From positions 376 to 24,375 of the forward strand of contig JAFQEO010000039.1 in assembly GCA_017399005.1 (NCBI GenBank): a DNA stretch of 24,000 nucleotides, read 5' to 3'. Under the pieces are notes generated by a model that made no database searches, was not told the DNA's origin, and was given only the letters and a program-made list of their open reading frames with translations. How positions within the stretch are numbered: position 1 is the stretch's first letter; every line of letters begins with the position of its first letter. The DNA is from Peptococcaceae bacterium. Lineage in GTDB: Bacteria > Bacillota > Peptococcia > Peptococcales > Peptococcaceae. Of the stretch, positions 15,119 to 23,711 are shown one piece after another. The translations under genes were made by a program, and so were the position numbers.

Positions 15119-15131
15119 CATAAATCTCTTC

Positions 15132-16067
15132 TTATTTTTTTGCGATTACGGCTTTTGCTTTTGCCGCGATGTTTGCTGCGGTTAAGCCGTATTTTTCCAG
15201 CAGTTCGTCCGGCAGACCGGATTCACCAAATTTATCTTCCACGCCTACGCGAGCCATTGGAACCGGGCAGTTTTCTACTAATACTTCTGCCACAGCGCTG
15301 CCTAAGCCGCCATAGATGTTGTGTTCTTCTGCGGTTACCACTGCGCCTGTTTTCTGAGCCATTTCAGTAATCAGCGCGTTATCCAGCGGTTTGATGGTGC
15401 TGATGTTTACAACCGCTGCGGAAATGCCATCGGCTGCTAATAATTCAGCGGCTTCCATAGCTTTGCTTACCATGATGCCGGTACCAATCAGGGTTACATC
15501 GGTACCTTCTTTCAGCACAACGCCTTTACCGATTTCAAATTTGTAATCGTCACCCAGTAATACTGGAACTTTTGGACGGCCTAAACGAATGTATACAGGG
15601 CCCTGATGTTCCGCCGCTGCCATTACCACCTGTTTTGTTTCCACACCGTCGGCAGGAACGATAACGGTCATGTTTGGAACTGCACGCATTAATGCGATAT
15701 CTTCCAGCATCTGATGCGAACCGCCGTCTTCCCCTACAGTTAAGCCTGCATGGGTAGCTGCAATTTTCACATTCAGGTTTGGATATGCGATAGAGTTACG
15801 AATCTGGTCGTAGGCACGGCCCACTGCAAAGACTGCAAAGCTGCTTGCAAACGGAATTTTGCCGGCAGCAGCAAAGCCAGCTGCGGTGCCTAACAGGTTC
15901 TGTTCTGCGATGCCTAAGTTAAAGAAACGTTCCGGATATACTTTTTTGAAATCGTTTGTTTTGGTAGATTTGGACAGGTCGGCGTCCAGTACGACAACCT
16001 TGTCATTGATTGCGCCCAGTTCAGCTAAAGCCTGACCATAAGCGTCACGTGTTGCGATATTGGCCAT
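15132..16067 (-). CDS. Transketolase, C-terminal (pyrimidine-binding + C-terminal domain) subunit
   Basis: The 311-aa product has blocks ATRDAYGQALAELG, FFNLGIAEQN and THAGLTVGEDGGSHQ, typical of the split transketolase B subunit. Confidence 0.9.
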   Translation of the reverse strand: MANIATRDAYGQALAELGAINDKVVVLDADLSKSTKTNDFKKVYPERFFNLGIAEQNLLGTAAGFAAAGKIPFASSFAVFAVGRAYDQIRNSIAYPNLNVKIAATHAGLTVGEDGGSHQMLEDIALMRAVPNMTVIVPADGVETKQVVMAAAEHQGPVYIRLGRPKVPVLLGDDYKFEIGKGVVLKEGTDVTLIGTGIMVSKAMEAAELLAADGISAAVVNISTIKPLDNALITEMAQKTGAVVTAEEHNIYGGLGSAVAEVLVENCPVPMARVGVEDKFGESGLPDELLEKYGLTAANIAAKAKAVIAKK

Positions 16068-16082
16068 TGTTCTGTTCCTCCT

Positions 16083-16898
16083 CTAGTTCAGTTCTTCCAT
16101 AGCCTGTGCTACCTGTTCTGCATTAGGAGCACTGCCATGCCAGCCTGCCTGGTTTTCCATATAAGATACGCCTTTGCCTTTTACGGTTCTGGCTACGATA
16201 ACACTTGGTTTGCCTGTTTCTGCTTTGGCAGCTTTGATGGCATCGGCAATCTGACCGAAATCATGGCCGTCGATTACCTGTACGTGCCAGCCAAATGCTG
16301 CAAATTTTGCATCAATCGGATTTGGAGACAGAACATCGTCGATATTACCGTCAATCTGTAAGCCGTTGTTATCTACAAAGGCAATCAGGTTGTCCAGTTT
16401 GTAGTGAGCTGCAGACATGGCTGCTTCCCATACCTGCCCTTCCTGCAGTTCGCCGTCGCCCAGCAGAGTATATACATAGCTTGGTTTTTTATCCAGCTGA
16501 CATGCCAGCGCAATACCGGTAGCCGCGGAAAAACCTGTCCCTAAAGAACCGGTGGACATATCTACACCAGGTACTTTTTTCATATCTGGATGACCCTGCA
16601 GATGGGAGCCGATTTTACGCAGACTCATTAAATCTTCCACAGGGAAGAAGCCTTTGCGTGCTAATGTTGCATACAGCACAGGTGCTGCATGACCTTTGGA
16701 TAATACAAAACGGTCACGGTCTTCCCATTTTGGTTCAGCCGGGTTCACGTTCATTTCTTCAAAATACAGATAAGTTAAAATTTCTGCCGCAGACAGAGAA
16801 CCACCTGGATGGCCGGATTTCGCCGCACCAATCATGGAAACAATGTCTTTTCTGATTTCTTTTGCCTGTTCTTTCAGCATCTGTTCATTCACTGGCAT
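16083..16898 (-). CDS. Transketolase, N-terminal (thiamine-diphosphate-binding) subunit
   Basis: The 271-aa product has blocks [19 protein letters not shown] and the TPP-binding motif [14 protein letters not shown]...NN. It lies 15 nt upstream of the C-terminal subunit gene. Confidence 0.9.
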   Translation of the reverse strand: MPVNEQMLKEQAKEIRKDIVSMIGAAKSGHPGGSLSAAEILTYLYFEEMNVNPAEPKWEDRDRFVLSKGHAAPVLYATLARKGFFPVEDLMSLRKIGSHLQGHPDMKKVPGVDMSTGSLGTGFSAATGIALACQLDKKPSYVYTLLGDGELQEGQVWEAAMSAAHYKLDNLIAFVDNNGLQIDGNIDDVLSPNPIDAKFAAFGWHVQVIDGHDFGQIADAIKAAKAETGKPSVIVARTVKGKGVSYMENQAGWHGSAPNAEQVAQAMEELN

Positions 16899-17021
16899 TT
16901 CCCCCTACTTTATGATAATCATTACGCAAATCTGCGCTATAATTCAAAATAAATGCTATATTATTATACCATATTCCCTGCCGGTTGTTTAGCCCGAAAT
17001 CAAAATATTTCTGTAAATCTG

Positions 17022-17930
17022 TTATCCTCGATTGGCACTCCGGGCAGATGTCTGTTTCTGATGTCTCGCTGTCCAGATATGCATCAGGCTTCCAGCCAGA
17101 TAAACAGCCAGCCCTGCCCAGATAAACAGAAACACAACAAAATCCTCTGCTGTGAAGGCTTCGTTATATAACAGCACACCCAGAATCAGGCTGATCGTCG
17201 GTGAAATATATTGAAAAAAGCCGACTGCTGAAAACGGAATCAGTTTTACGGCCTGACCATACAGCAATAACGGAAGAGCAGTGGCAACACCGCTGAACAC
17301 AATCAGCAAAAGGATTCCAGCACTGCTTCCGGCTGCACCCTGCCCATTGCCTTCCATCCAGAACAGCGAGGCCAGAAACACCGGAAAAATACAGGCGGTT
17401 TCCAGAGTCAGGGAGGTGAGCCCGTCCAGATGCAGTGTTTTTTTCACCGCACCGTATGCTGCAAAGGTAATTCCCAGGGCCAGACTAATCCACGGAATCT
17501 GCCCGAAGCGGAAAACCATCAGCAGAACCCCGGTAGCTGCAAGGCCGATTGCCAGCCACTCCATTTTAGACAACTTCTCTTTAAAGACACAGGTACTGAG
17601 CAGAATCACCAGCAGTGGATTCAGATAATACCCCATGCTGACATCAATAATATGGCTGGAGTTTACAGCTGCAATGTAAGTACCCCAGTTCATCGTAATC
17701 AGTACCGATGCAATCAAAATCCGCAGCATACGCTTTGGCTGTTTCAGTTCCGCTTTTATCTGCGGCCAGCATTTTTTCACCATTACCAGCAGCACACAGA
17801 AGAAAAACGAAAATACAATCCGCGCACTTAGAATATAAATTGGAGAAAGATGATCCAGCACTTTCCAGTAAATCGGCAGAAGCCCCCATATACAATACGC
17901 CGCCGCTGCGGCAAAATATCCGTAGTTCAA
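17022..17930 (-). CDS. rarD: EamA/DMT-superfamily permease, RarD-type
   Basis: The 302-aa product has 10 predicted TMS. Its N-terminus AAAAYCIWGLLPIYWKVL...ILSARIVFS matches the RarD signature region. It has an apparent TTG start at 17930 with AAGGAAG 8 nt upstream, and the first internal Met is ~50 aa in. Confidence 0.8.
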   Translation of the reverse strand: MNYGYFAAAAAYCIWGLLPIYWKVLDHLSPIYILSARIVFSFFFCVLLVMVKKCWPQIKAELKQPKRMLRILIASVLITMNWGTYIAAVNSSHIIDVSMGYYLNPLLVILLSTCVFKEKLSKMEWLAIGLAATGVLLMVFRFGQIPWISLALGITFAAYGAVKKTLHLDGLTSLTLETACIFPVFLASLFWMEGNGQGAAGSSAGILLLIVFSGVATALPLLLYGQAVKLIPFSAVGFFQYISPTISLILGVLLYNEAFTAEDFVVFLFIWAGLAVYLAGSLMHIWTARHQKQTSARSANRG

Positions 17931-18027
17931 AATAATCGCTTCCTTGTCATTTATTTTTCACAAGAATACTCCCTTTAAATTTTTATTATAGCATGACACT
18001 CTGGAATTGCCCATCCAAAATAAAAAA

Positions 18028-18051
18028 CCAGCACCTAAAATTAGATGCTGG
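18028..18051 (-). terminator. Intrinsic terminator
   Basis: On the minus strand the sequence is CCAGCAtctaattttaggTGCTGG followed by TTTTTTATTTT. The hairpin overlaps the last codons and stop codon of the 74-aa ORF. Confidence 0.7.
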
Positions 18052-18265
18052 TACATATAAATTCTCTAATTTCATTTTCAGAATAAACCATCAACGATAC
18101 GTTCTCTTTTTCCACTCTGTTCAGATAATGATTAAAACCAAGACCAAATACAGCAAACAGTACCAGACACAAAAGCAGCCACAGCACAAGCATTGCAATT
18201 CCAACTGCTTTTAAAAAGCCCCCGGCAGCCTCTGCCGCTTTATCACCTATCGTTTTGTTGTTCAT
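18041..18265 (-). CDS. Small membrane protein, hypothetical
   Basis: The 74-aa product has a strong SD, AGGAGGTG, 5 nt before the ATG. Its central segment is strongly hydrophobic (GIAMLVLWLLLCLVLFAVFGLGF). Confidence 0.6.
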   Translation of the reverse strand: MNNKTIGDKAAEAAGGFLKAVGIAMLVLWLLLCLVLFAVFGLGFNHYLNRVEKENVSLMVYSENEIREFICTSI

Positions 18266-18371
18266 GCGACCACCTCCTGATATTATCCCGTTACTTGTAT
18301 TTATTTTAATTGTATCAGATGTCCCAGTATCTGTATAGAGATTATATTAGATCCAAATACAATTATTTTAC

Positions 18372-18400
18372 TTGTATAAAGTTTCTCTGTCTTTTATAAT
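18372..18400 (+). promoter_or_regulatory. Promoter (TTGTAT-17-TATAAT) of the 18434 gene
   Basis: -35 TTGTAT is at 18372-18377, followed by a 17-nt spacer and a consensus -10 TATAAT at 18395-18400. Confidence 0.5.
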
Positions 18401-18433
18401 ATTTTTGTAAATTATTTTCCGGAGGTGTTCTGC

Positions 18434-19042
18434 ATGAAACCATCGAAAAAACCGATTCTGATTATTCTCTGTATGCTGCTGTTTTCTGCTGTGCTGGGAA
18501 TCTGGATACATACAAGCGGATATATTGAGTTTCAGAACAGTGGATTGGCTTATCTGCATCGCAGCCAGGACAAATATGATTTGATGCACCAGACAGATGC
18601 TAACGCCTATACTATGGAAATTGACTTAAACGATTTGGAGAGCAACATTGGTAAACGGCTGTGGGAAGACGGCGAGCAGTATATGGAGGTTGCTTTAGTA
18701 GACAGTAACGAACGAAATGCCGGAGGCTACCGCATCTTTTTCCGTTCCCACGGCGTGTATGATTTTAACGGCGGGCACTTAACCAGCGGCATTAAACACA
18801 GCCGTCCCCGTGAAAACTGCACACAATATGAAATCGTCGCAGATTTAATCACAACATATAACGGCAAATCCTATCTGGCAAACTATCAGGGAAAAACCGG
18901 GCTGAATGAGCAAGACGGCGATTATTTCGGCTTTTATCTGTTCCCGGATGAAGCCTATGATGAAGGTGTGCCACTGGAAAACGCAGGGAAAGTCACCATC
19001 ACCTTATATAATCTGACCGAACACACATGGACAAGAAAATAG
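18434..19042 (+). CDS. Membrane-anchored/exported hypothetical protein
   Basis: ORF 18425..19042 begins with GTG. I prefer ATG 18434 (MKPSKKPILIILCMLLFSAVLGIWI...), with GGAGGTG 6 nt upstream. It has an N-terminal signal anchor and no recognisable family. Confidence 0.7.
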   Translation: MKPSKKPILIILCMLLFSAVLGIWIHTSGYIEFQNSGLAYLHRSQDKYDLMHQTDANAYTMEIDLNDLESNIGKRLWEDGEQYMEVALVDSNERNAGGYRIFFRSHGVYDFNGGHLTSGIKHSRPRENCTQYEIVADLITTYNGKSYLANYQGKTGLNEQDGDYFGFYLFPDEAYDEGVPLENAGKVTITLYNLTEHTWTRK

Positions 19043-19048
19043 CATAAA

Positions 19049-19088
19049 CAAACCCCGGTATCCGATAAAAATCAGATGCCGGGGTTTT
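19049..19088. terminator. Bidirectional intrinsic terminator between convergent genes
   Basis: A long hairpin, AAACCCCGGTATCCGAT-aaaa-ATCAGATGCCGGGGTTT, is followed by TTTTC on the plus strand. The minus strand has a U-rich tail (GTTTATG). Confidence 0.75.
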
Positions 19089-19095
19089 TCTATAT

Positions 19096-20985
19096 CTATT
19101 CCATTACTCGTACTTCGCCGGTGTGGGTGACATCGTAGCCGCCCAGTTCGGTTAACCGCTGTTTGAAAGCATCGGAGGACAGAATGGTGATAAACTGCTG
19201 CACGCGTTCATCTTCCAGATATTCGGCAGGCAGCAGAAAATCGTACTGCTCGTTTGCCAGCGGAATAAAGTCTAAATCCATAGCTTTTGCAGCCGAGTAT
19301 ACGCCTAAGCCTGTATCAGCCACACCGCTTTTTACACTGATGGCAACGGCCATATGGGTGGCGTATTCTTTTTCGTAACCATTGATTTCCTCCACAGTCA
19401 TGCCGTTCTGTTTTAAGGTATAGTCAAACAGGATGCGTGTACCCGCCCCGCGCTGACGATTAGCAAAGGATAATCTGCGTTCCCGCAGGTCATCGATGCC
19501 GGAAATCTGTTTGGGATTGCCTTTTGGCACCATGAAGCCCTGAATACGACCCACACCGCTGATTAACACCATTTTCTGCCCCGGGAAATACTGACGCACA
19601 TAGGATTCGTTATATACGCCGGTTTCCTCATCCAGCAGGTGAATCGGCGCCATATGGCACTCTTTGCGGCGCAGCGCCATAATACCGGATAAACTGCCCA
19701 CATGAGCCGAGGATACCGGCATCTGATCTGCCAGCACGTCAATCATCATATCATGGCTGCCGGTGATAACCAGTGTTTTTTTGATTTCGCCCAGAGGACG
19801 CAGCAAGCGAACCTCTACTTTGGCACCAGCCTCTAACCCTTCGCACAGGCGGTCCACTTTTACAATGCCGTCGGCTTTTACCATACTCATTACCGCAGCG
19901 GCACCGCGCTCCAGTGGAGTGGTTACCAGACGGTCATTTACATAGCCCACAGCCACACGCAGCAGCTCGGCATTTTTGAAAGAGCTAACCAGACGTTTGG
20001 TCAGCGAAGCCTCTACATATTCCTCATTCTGTTTGCCCTGACCGGTCACACGATAAATCAGCGGACGCATGAATAAATCAAACACCAGATAAGCCGATAC
20101 CGGATAGCCCGGAATACCGATTACCGGTTTGCCCTGCACCACGCCTAAAATAGTCGGTTTGCCCGGTTTGATGGCAATGCCGTGATGAATAACTTCTCCC
20201 AGTTCTTCAATAATATGCACGGTGTAGTCTTTGCTGCCCGCAGACGAACCGGCATTGACGATTACCATATCGTTTTCCTGCACAGCCGTTGTGATAGCCT
20301 GACGCAGCAAATCCGGATTATCGCGCACGATGGTATAACGGTTTGGCTCCCCGCCGTATTCCTCGGTTAATGCGGCAAATACACGGGAGTTGGATTCCAT
20401 CAGACGGCCCGGTTCCAGCAGAGCCGGATCTTCAATTAATTCGTTGCCGGTTGGAATAATCCCCACACGCGGTCTGCGGTATACTTTCACAGTGGTGATA
20501 CCGCCAGCCAGCAGTGCCCCTAAATCAATCGGGCGGATTTTATGACGGGATGGCAGAATCAGATCGCCGGATACAATGCTTTCGCCAACGGTACGCACAT
20601 GTTCCCACGGATAAGCCGGAGCAATAATGGATACGGTGCCGTCTTCGTTCTGCAGCACCTGTTCAATCATAATCACGGCATTGAACGGATGCTTAATCTC
20701 ATTGCCGGTATTCACGTACACAAAATCGGTATCCTGTTTTAATGTCAAAGGCTCGGTATCGGTGGCAGAGAATGTCTGCTCCGCAACCACTGCAATGCCA
20801 TCCATAGCAGCCGCATTATACACCGGGTCACAGAAGCGGGCAAAAATCGCCTCCCATGTTACACGCCCAACGGCATCCAGCACGGGAATTTCTTCCATAG
20901 TGCCCTGTAAATCACCCAGTGCCTCTAAATAATCCTGCAGCGCCTGCTGGTCGTCATTATTTTCAATATAGGTATTTCGTTTCAT
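19096..20985 (-). CDS. MoeA-family molybdopterin molybdo-/tungsto-transferase fused to a C-terminal PBP-like (oxyanion-binding-type) domain
   Basis: The first ~400 aa of the 629-aa product have MoeA architecture (MoeA_N, MoCF-binding block VIVNAGSSAGSKDY, IAIKPGKPT, MoeA_C). The last ~220 aa (LVITGSHDMMIDVLAD...GAGTRILFD...DTGLGVYSAAKAMDLDFIPL) resemble the PBP-like domain found in ModE-type and related proteins. Confidence 0.85.
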   Translation of the reverse strand: MKRNTYIENNDDQQALQDYLEALGDLQGTMEEIPVLDAVGRVTWEAIFARFCDPVYNAAAMDGIAVVAEQTFSATDTEPLTLKQDTDFVYVNTGNEIKHPFNAVIMIEQVLQNEDGTVSIIAPAYPWEHVRTVGESIVSGDLILPSRHKIRPIDLGALLAGGITTVKVYRRPRVGIIPTGNELIEDPALLEPGRLMESNSRVFAALTEEYGGEPNRYTIVRDNPDLLRQAITTAVQENDMVIVNAGSSAGSKDYTVHIIEELGEVIHHGIAIKPGKPTILGVVQGKPVIGIPGYPVSAYLVFDLFMRPLIYRVTGQGKQNEEYVEASLTKRLVSSFKNAELLRVAVGYVNDRLVTTPLERGAAAVMSMVKADGIVKVDRLCEGLEAGAKVEVRLLRPLGEIKKTLVITGSHDMMIDVLADQMPVSSAHVGSLSGIMALRRKECHMAPIHLLDEETGVYNESYVRQYFPGQKMVLISGVGRIQGFMVPKGNPKQISGIDDLRERRLSFANRQRGAGTRILFDYTLKQNGMTVEEINGYEKEYATHMAVAISVKSGVADTGLGVYSAAKAMDLDFIPLANEQYDFLLPAEYLEDERVQQFITILSSDAFKQRLTELGGYDVTHTGEVRVME

Positions 20986-20997
20986 ATTCTTAACCTC

Positions 20998-22221
20998 CTA
21001 CAGCAGATGCACTAGTACCTGCTGGTTCTGTTCCAGCCCTTCCTGATGGGCTTCCAGTACAATATAGCCGTCGCTGTGCCCCAGCAGATGAATCATGCCC
21101 GATTTGCCGAAAATCGGAACAGCCACAAATCCGTTCTGCTCCTGCTGCAGCGAAACCATCTGAAATGTGGTTTTGCCCGGAGCCGAAGGCAGATTAATGG
21201 AAAGCCGTGCCGGAACCAGCGTTTCCTGCAAATTGAGCCCCCACTGTTTCAGAATGGTACTCATCAGCACACGGAATACGGTCATAGCTGCGGATGGATG
21301 CCCCGGCAGCCCCATCACTGGTTTTCCGTCTGCTCTGCCGACAATGGTCGGTTTGCCCGGTTTGATGGCAATGCCTTTTACAAACACATCTTCACCGCAT
21401 AGCTCCTGCATCAGCCGATAGGTATAATCCCGTTCCCCGACGGAACTGCCTCCCGATGTCAGCAGCACATCGGCCTGTGCCAGCCCTTCTGTCATGGCCT
21501 GTTTCAGCGCTTCGTAATCATCTTTTACAATGGCGCGATAGGTCACCTCGCCACCCCACTGGGCAATAATCGATGCAAGACCATAACTGTTGATATCCCG
21601 AATCTGCCCGATGTTTTGCGGCTGGTCAATTTCAATAATCTCATCACCGGTGGAAATAATGGCAAACTTCACCGGACGGTACACTTTTACTCTGCCAATG
21701 CCGCAGGCTGCCAGCATGGCAATATGTTTTGCCGTCAGCCAGGTGCCCCGGCTCAGAATAGCCTCGTCCTGCCGCAGGTCATCCCCGCGGGCAATCACAT
21801 TTTCACCGGGCGAAACCGGTTTATATACGGCAATGGTATCGGCATCAAACTGCTCGCTGTATTCCACCATCACAACACTGTCAGCACCTTCCGGCAGCAT
21901 ACCGCCAGTCGGCACTGCAACAGCCTGGCCTTTCTGCAATGTCATTTCTGCTTTCTGCCCCATCCGCACCGAACCGGCTGCCATCAGAAGCGATGGGAGG
22001 GATTCCCCGGCACCAAAGGTATCGGCCGCTTTAACCGCATAGCCATCCACAGTGGAACGGTTAAAATCCGGCACATTCTCTGCAGCCGATAAATCTTCTG
22101 CCAGAAAGCGGTTCTGTGCCTGTAATAACGATACTTCCTCTATTTCTAACCGGTTATCGGGAAAATGGTTCCTCAGACGCTGCAGCGCCTCTTCCAGACT
22201 GATTACCTGAAAAAAATCCAT
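20998..22221 (-). CDS. moeA: Molybdopterin molybdotransferase MoeA
   Basis: The 407-aa product has blocks LEEALQRL, NRSTVDGYAV, VLLTSGGSSVGERDY, IAIKPGKPT and GLPGHPSAAM, which are canonical MoeA blocks. Confidence 0.9.
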   Translation of the reverse strand: MDFFQVISLEEALQRLRNHFPDNRLEIEEVSLLQAQNRFLAEDLSAAENVPDFNRSTVDGYAVKAADTFGAGESLPSLLMAAGSVRMGQKAEMTLQKGQAVAVPTGGMLPEGADSVVMVEYSEQFDADTIAVYKPVSPGENVIARGDDLRQDEAILSRGTWLTAKHIAMLAACGIGRVKVYRPVKFAIISTGDEIIEIDQPQNIGQIRDINSYGLASIIAQWGGEVTYRAIVKDDYEALKQAMTEGLAQADVLLTSGGSSVGERDYTYRLMQELCGEDVFVKGIAIKPGKPTIVGRADGKPVMGLPGHPSAAMTVFRVLMSTILKQWGLNLQETLVPARLSINLPSAPGKTTFQMVSLQQEQNGFVAVPIFGKSGMIHLLGHSDGYIVLEAHQEGLEQNQQVLVHLL

Positions 22222-22863
22222 CTAGCACACTCCTCCTGTTGATGCACCGTGCAGATGCACAATGCGGTCACATAATTCCTCTGCCTGCCGGGCATTGTGT
22301 GTAATCATAATCACCGTTTTGCGATATTCTCTCGCATACTCCTGAATCATCTGCTCCATAAAGCTGACCGATGCCGCATCAATGCCGGACATTGGCTCGT
22401 CCAGCAGAACCAGCTCCGGTTCAAAAATCAGTGCTCGTGCCAGAGCAACCTTCTGACTTTCCCCGCCCGATAACTTATGGGCGTACTGCTTTGCCAGCTT
22501 TTCAATACCCAGCCGTGCAATCATCGCATCGGTTTTCTGTTTAATTTCAGCCGATGGCCGATGACGCAGCTGAAGCGGATAGGCAATATTATCATAAACC
22601 GAACGTTTTAACAGATAAGGTGTCTGAAACACCATGGTCATCTGCTGATAAAGCGGTTTGCTCAAAGGCTGCCCATTGTAATAAATATGCCCGGTATAAT
22701 CGGTATCCAGTCCGGCAATGAGCCGCAGAAGCGTGGATTTTCCGGCACCGTTGTCACCGACCAGCCCGGTAATCTTTCCGGATTCAAATGTTTCGTTCAG
22801 ATTTTCAAAAACGAGTTTCTGGCCGTATCGTTTGCTGACCTGCTCCAGTCTTACTTCCATCAC
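22222..22863 (-). CDS. tupC: ABC transporter ATP-binding protein, tungstate-type (TupC-like)
   Basis: The 213-aa product has Walker A GDNGAGKST, ABC signature LSGGESQKVALARAL and Walker B LVLLDEP. It overlaps the permease gene by 4 bp and abuts moeA. The tup assignment rests on neighbours and subunit sizes. Confidence 0.75.
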   Translation of the reverse strand: MMEVRLEQVSKRYGQKLVFENLNETFESGKITGLVGDNGAGKSTLLRLIAGLDTDYTGHIYYNGQPLSKPLYQQMTMVFQTPYLLKRSVYDNIAYPLQLRHRPSAEIKQKTDAMIARLGIEKLAKQYAHKLSGGESQKVALARALIFEPELVLLDEPMSGIDAASVSFMEQMIQEYAREYRKTVIMITHNARQAEELCDRIVHLHGASTGGVC

Positions 22864-23558
22864 ACATCAGCCCTCTTTTCTTTATAGGTATACAGCACGG
22901 AGTTGATAAGCAGCGAAATCACAATCAGAATCATCCCCAGCGCAAAAGCCATGGCATAATCGCCCATAGAGTTCAGCATGGAAATGGTTGTGGTAATTAC
23001 CCGGGTATCCCCTTTGATATTGCCGCCGACCATCATAACCGCGCCTACTTCCGAAATAGCACGGGAAAAACCGTTTACGGTATAGATAAACAGTTCGCTT
23101 TTCAGTTCACTGATTACCATAAAGGTTGACTGTATGCGGCTGGCACCCAGCGTCTGGCCCAGTTTCTGAATCTCGCGACCGCGATGTTTCACCATCTCAT
23201 AAGTTAAACAGGCAATGAGCGGTGATACCAGAATCACCTGTGCAATAATCATAGCCGTAGGTGTATACATCAGCTGCAGATGACCCAGCGGCCCGCGGCG
23301 TGACAGACATACCGATACCAGCAGCCCTACTACAACCGACGGCATACTCATCATGGCATTTAATACACGAGACAGCACCCGTTCCCCGCGAAACGAGCGA
23401 AGCCCGATAAATGTAAACAGCGGAATAATCACCAGTGCCGCAATCACAATGGCACTGCCCGATACCCGCAGTGATAATCCTACAATTCCCCAGAGTTCCG
23501 CATCACCGGAAAAAATCAGATCCAGTGCTTTCCAGAACCCGGCAATAATATAATCCAA
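22860..23558 (-). CDS. tupB: ABC transporter permease, tungstate-type (TupB-like)
   Basis: The 232-aa product has ~5-6 TMS. The 'FSRAISEVGAVMMVGGNIKG' loop is characteristic of TupB-type permeases. GGAGGGAGAGG SD is present. Confidence 0.75.
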   Translation of the reverse strand: MDYIIAGFWKALDLIFSGDAELWGIVGLSLRVSGSAIVIAALVIIPLFTFIGLRSFRGERVLSRVLNAMMSMPSVVVGLLVSVCLSRRGPLGHLQLMYTPTAMIIAQVILVSPLIACLTYEMVKHRGREIQKLGQTLGASRIQSTFMVISELKSELFIYTVNGFSRAISEVGAVMMVGGNIKGDTRVITTTISMLNSMGDYAMAFALGMILIVISLLINSVLYTYKEKRADV

Positions 23559-23663
23559 TGGCCTCTCCCTCCATAGAATGCGTTCCTATCCAAAGAACGC
23601 GGTCAATCCAGGTTTATCTGGTTATGTATAGTATAAATGCTGTCTTCTGTTTTGAATAGTATG

Positions 23664-23694
23664 TAAAAACGGGCACCCCTTGCGAAGCACCCGT
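23664..23694 (-). terminator. Hairpin + U-tract after tupA (partial terminator/attenuator within the tup operon)
   Basis: The minus-strand RNA is ACGGGUGC-uucgcaagg-GGUGCCCGU followed by UUUUU. The stem needs two G.U pairs, so it folds only in the minus-strand transcript. Confidence 0.5.
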
Positions 23695-23711
23695 CTGTTG
23701 TAAAACTTAAA

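Noticed and set aside
17009-17029. Exact 15-mer AAATCTGTTATCCTC shared between the rarD 3' end (17015-17029) and the left edge of sRNA repeat copy 2 (5242-5256); it is preceded at 17009 by TTCTGT, which also resembles the right-edge CTGTAAAA motif, so it could look like an empty-site or junction sequence
   Set aside because: By a rough estimate, about 0.5 exact 15-mer matches are expected by chance among all position pairs on both strands of a 24-kb window. The extra 6 nt are weak support, the site overlaps the rarD stop codon, and there is no further similarity. I record it only as something to test if the TA cassette proves mobile.
18368-18589. 73-aa minus-strand ORF spanning the divergent promoter region and the start of the 18434 gene
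   Set aside because: It overlaps a consensus promoter and the SD and start of a better-supported gene on the other strand. It lies in an AT-rich region, has no SD and gives an implausible product.
21046-22092. Several 84-158 aa plus-strand ORFs antisense to moeA (similar ones lie antisense to MFS, pgi, galE, tkt and rarD)
   Set aside because: All are nested antisense in strongly supported conserved genes. They lack SDs and have Arg/Cys/His-rich compositions, so they are shadow ORFs.
23559-23711. Possible Moco/Tuco riboswitch in the tupA-tupB spacer
   Set aside because: The context (tup/moeA) invites the idea. However, I cannot recognise the conserved Moco-motif core or multi-stem junction, and after the terminator hairpin only ~100 nt remain. 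A real Moco element would more likely precede tupA, outside the window. A cmsearch with Rfam Moco_RNA_motif would settle this.
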